Shown here piece by piece: positions 61,951 to 64,000 of a DNA stretch of 64,000 nucleotides. The first letter of the stretch is position 1, and each line of letters begins with the position of its first letter. This DNA is from Bdellovibrionota bacterium (GTDB lineage: Bacteria > Bdellovibrionota_G > JALEGL01 > JAGRMV01). A program made the translations under genes and the position numbers. Location: positions 38,082 through 102,081 of the forward strand of contig JAWKOB010000002.1 in assembly GCA_041391405.1 (NCBI GenBank), read 5' to 3'. Below the pieces are notes generated by a model. That model did no database searches and was not told the DNA's origin. It saw only the letters and a list, made by a program, of their open reading frames with translations.

Positions 61951-62337
61951 GGTCCCTCTCAAATCCAAAATGATTTTCTGGGTGGTCCAGTTTGCCTGGA
62001 ATTTTCCAAGGGTTTGGAAGAGGGCGTATGAAACGGATGCCGATTTCAAACAGTGGCTTGGATTTGGTATCCAAGGCTTCGGCGTTTTTCTTCCATACGA
62101 TTTGACCCTGCATTTTCAATGGGGCCTGGTTTGGAGCGATGGTTACCTGAACGTAGACCCGTTCGCCCACCGAGAATTTTTGGAGGTTTCGACGGAAACC
62201 CCTTCAGAGCTTAGGTTTGTGCAAATCGAAGAAAGGTCGTCGTTATGATCAAGTGTAACGGGCAACTGCACCGGAAAACGATGGATTTTTCGTTTTTCAA
62301 ATTGTTCGGTGGTTGTGTCGTTGCGATATGCACCCAT
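61907..62337 (-). CDS. PilZ domain protein, one frameshift near 62145-62170
   Basis: '[17 protein letters not shown]' (RxxxR-type) and '[12 protein letters not shown]' ((D/N)xSxxG) in ORF 62143..62337. Rest of barrel in ORF 61907..62170. Confidence 0.6.
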
Positions 62338-62385
62338 GGTCTAACTCCTGTTACAGTTTGAAAGATAACTTGTCAAACGAGGGAA

Positions 62386-62540
62386 GTACATTAACACGGT
62401 GCATTATGAAATGCAACTCAATTTTTAATGTACGTCACCATATATAACCTTAGGTATACATATGTGACATTATCCAAGCAAGCTTTTTCTTTCATTTGAC
62501 ATTTTTGGCCATCGGACTATTTTTTGAAAACTTTTCAAAA
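62386..62540 (+). promoter_or_regulatory. htrA upstream region with three palindromes
   Basis: GTACATTAA-N30-TTAATGTAC (62386-62433), GTCACCATATAT...ATATGTGAC (62434-62468), TTTTGAAAA-C-TTTTCAAAA (62522-62540), then RBS AGGAG and ATG at 62558. Confidence 0.4.
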
Positions 62541-62557
62541 ATATAGAAGGAGAACCC

Positions 62558-64000
62558 ATGAATAAATTTCTCAGTGGATTGTGTCTTGTTGCCCTTCTCT
62601 CTACCTCCTCGATTGCAGAAGAAAAACTCTGGACCGAAGGTTCAGATCAGCCCAACGCCCGCGTAAATACGGATCTTAAAACCTTAAGTCCGAAGGCGTA
62701 TCTCAGCGTTTCAGAAAAAGTGAATCAGTCCGTGGTCAACATCAGCACCACACAAACCGTGAAAGGAATTCAGAGTCCTTTTGGATTTCAACAGAATCCT
62801 TTTGGCGGGCAATTGTTTGGCGATGAATTTTTGCGCGAATTTTTCGGACAAGGACAGCCACGCAATCGAAAAGAAGCCAGCCTTGGTTCGGGTTTTGTAT
62901 TGAATCGTGAAGGCTACATTGTCACCAACAATCACGTGATCGCCAAAGCAGATGAAATTCGTGTGACGTTTTACGATGAAACTGAAAGCGTAGCCAAACT
63001 GATCGGCAGAGATCCAAAAACAGATGTCGCGTTGTTGAAAGTCGATCGTTTGCCAGCCAAACTCGAACCCGTACTCCTCGGCGATTCAGATGCGATGAAG
63101 GTGGGAGAGATTGTGATCGCCATCGGAAATCCATTCGGACTTTCTCATTCGGTCACACAAGGAATTATCAGCGCAAAGGAGCGTGCAATTGGAATGGGAC
63201 CTTATGATGATTTCATTCAAACCGATGCATCGATCAATCCTGGAAATTCAGGCGGGCCACTGCTCAACATCAATGGAGAAGTCATCGGTATCAACTCCGC
63301 AATGCATGCGGGCGGCCAAGGAATTGGATTTGCCATTCCGATCAACACAGCCAAGGAAGTCATTCGTAAATTGCGTCAAGATGGAAAAGTTATTCGTGCT
63401 CAGCTTGGCGTGCAAATTCAGAAATTGGGTCAAGAGCATGTCAAAGCTCTCAAACTCAAGAACAATGAGGGAGCGCTGGTAACTCAAGTGATGGATGGTT
63501 CTCCTGCCGCAGTTGGAGGAATTAAACCGGGGGATGTAATTGTCGGAATCGATGGCCGTAAAATCAAGGACTACCACACACTTCCGATGATTGTTTCAAA
63601 TCAGCCAGTGGGCAAACGTGTGAAAGTGGATTTGATTCGAAATAGCACGGCAAAAACGGTCATCATTCAGCTGACTGAAATGAAAGATGAAGATGTGGAA
63701 AATGAAACCATGTCCCAGGGTAATCAACCTGAGAAAGATGCGCTGGGCATTGTGGTTCAAAATCTGACCAAAGAAATCGCCCAGTCGATCGGTCTGAGTG
63801 TGAACCAAAAAGGAGTGATCATCGCTGAACTCGACAATGATTCGATTGCCGCCAGCAAAGGTGTGCGTCGTGGTGATGTGATCGTCGAAGTGAATCGTAA
63901 AAATGTTTCCACGGTGGATGAATACACAAGCGCCGTGAAGAATCTGAAAAAAGGCGACAGCGTTTTGCTGCTCATTGTTCGAAAACAAGGTACAACATTC
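62558..64000 (+). CDS. htrA: Do-family serine endoprotease HtrA/DegP, 3' partial (runs off window end)
   Basis: Signal peptide, 'GSGFVLNREGYIVTNNHV', 'GNSGGPLLN' (catalytic Ser), two PDZ domains beginning. No stop before 64000. Confidence 0.85.
   Translation, partial: MNKFLSGLCLVALLSTSSIAEEKLWTEGSDQPNARVNTDLKTLSPKAYLSVSEKVNQSVVNISTTQTVKGIQSPFGFQQNPFGGQLFGDEFLREFFGQGQPRNRKEASLGSGFVLNREGYIVTNNHVIAKADEIRVTFYDETESVAKLIGRDPKTDVALLKVDRLPAKLEPVLLGDSDAMKVGEIVIAIGNPFGLSHSVTQGIISAKERAIGMGPYDDFIQTDASINPGNSGGPLLNINGEVIGINSAMHAGGQGIGFAIPINTAKEVIRKLRQDGKVIRAQLGVQIQKLGQEHVKALKLKNNEGALVTQVMDGSPAAVGGIKPGDVIVGIDGRKIKDYHTLPMIVSNQPVGKRVKVDLIRNSTAKTVIIQLTEMKDEDVENETMSQGNQPEKDALGIVVQNLTKEIAQSIGLSVNQKGVIIAELDNDSIAASKGVRRGDVIVEVNRKNVSTVDEYTSAVKNLKKGDSVLLLIVRKQGTTF

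Overview
64-kb chromosomal window, moderate GC by eye, densely coding (about 70 genes), almost all housekeeping, most genes tightly packed or overlapping by 1-4 nt. One tRNA, tRNA-Leu(GAG), at 4222-4306. No rRNA, CRISPR array, transposase, integrase or prophage-like block recognised. Main landmarks: the conserved minus-strand array rpsB-tsf-pyrH-frr-uppS-dxr-rseP-tsaB-lepB (13.6 kb down to 5.8 kb, with no cdsA between uppS and dxr), mutY, recQ, asnS, tatA, lapA/lapB, comM/yifB, long-form ispG, rsmB-like, pyk, dsbD, greA, class II B12-dependent RNR nrdJ next to a PduO-type cobalamin adenosyltransferase and a ferredoxin, tkt, a cyclophilin, a 7TM-GGDEF diguanylate cyclase, msrB, and a 3' partial htrA/degP. 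Gene content (several PilZ proteins, CpaF-like ATPase, NrdJ, 654-aa IspG) is compatible with a Bdellovibrio-like or other deltaproteobacterial-type lineage, but that is a guess I cannot verify here. Dominant observation: at least 15 genes, including essential ones (rpsB, tsf, pyrH, tkt), are broken by single-base indels at homopolymer runs. Restoring one base at each site recovers highly conserved motifs, so these are most likely sequencing or assembly errors rather than pseudogenes. The coordinates below give whole-gene spans across those breaks. Candidate less-described items: a translationally coupled Zn-peptidase-like plus Ddl-like ATP-grasp pair; an orphan, N-terminally minimal CpaF-like ATPase coupled to a DUF924 gene directly after recQ; dsbD coupled to a periplasmic redoxin; a possibly exported MsrB; an AT-rich 0.8-kb intergenic region with a small coiled-coil ORF; palindromes upstream of htrA. 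No clearly novel multi-gene system (defence or secretion island) was identified with confidence.
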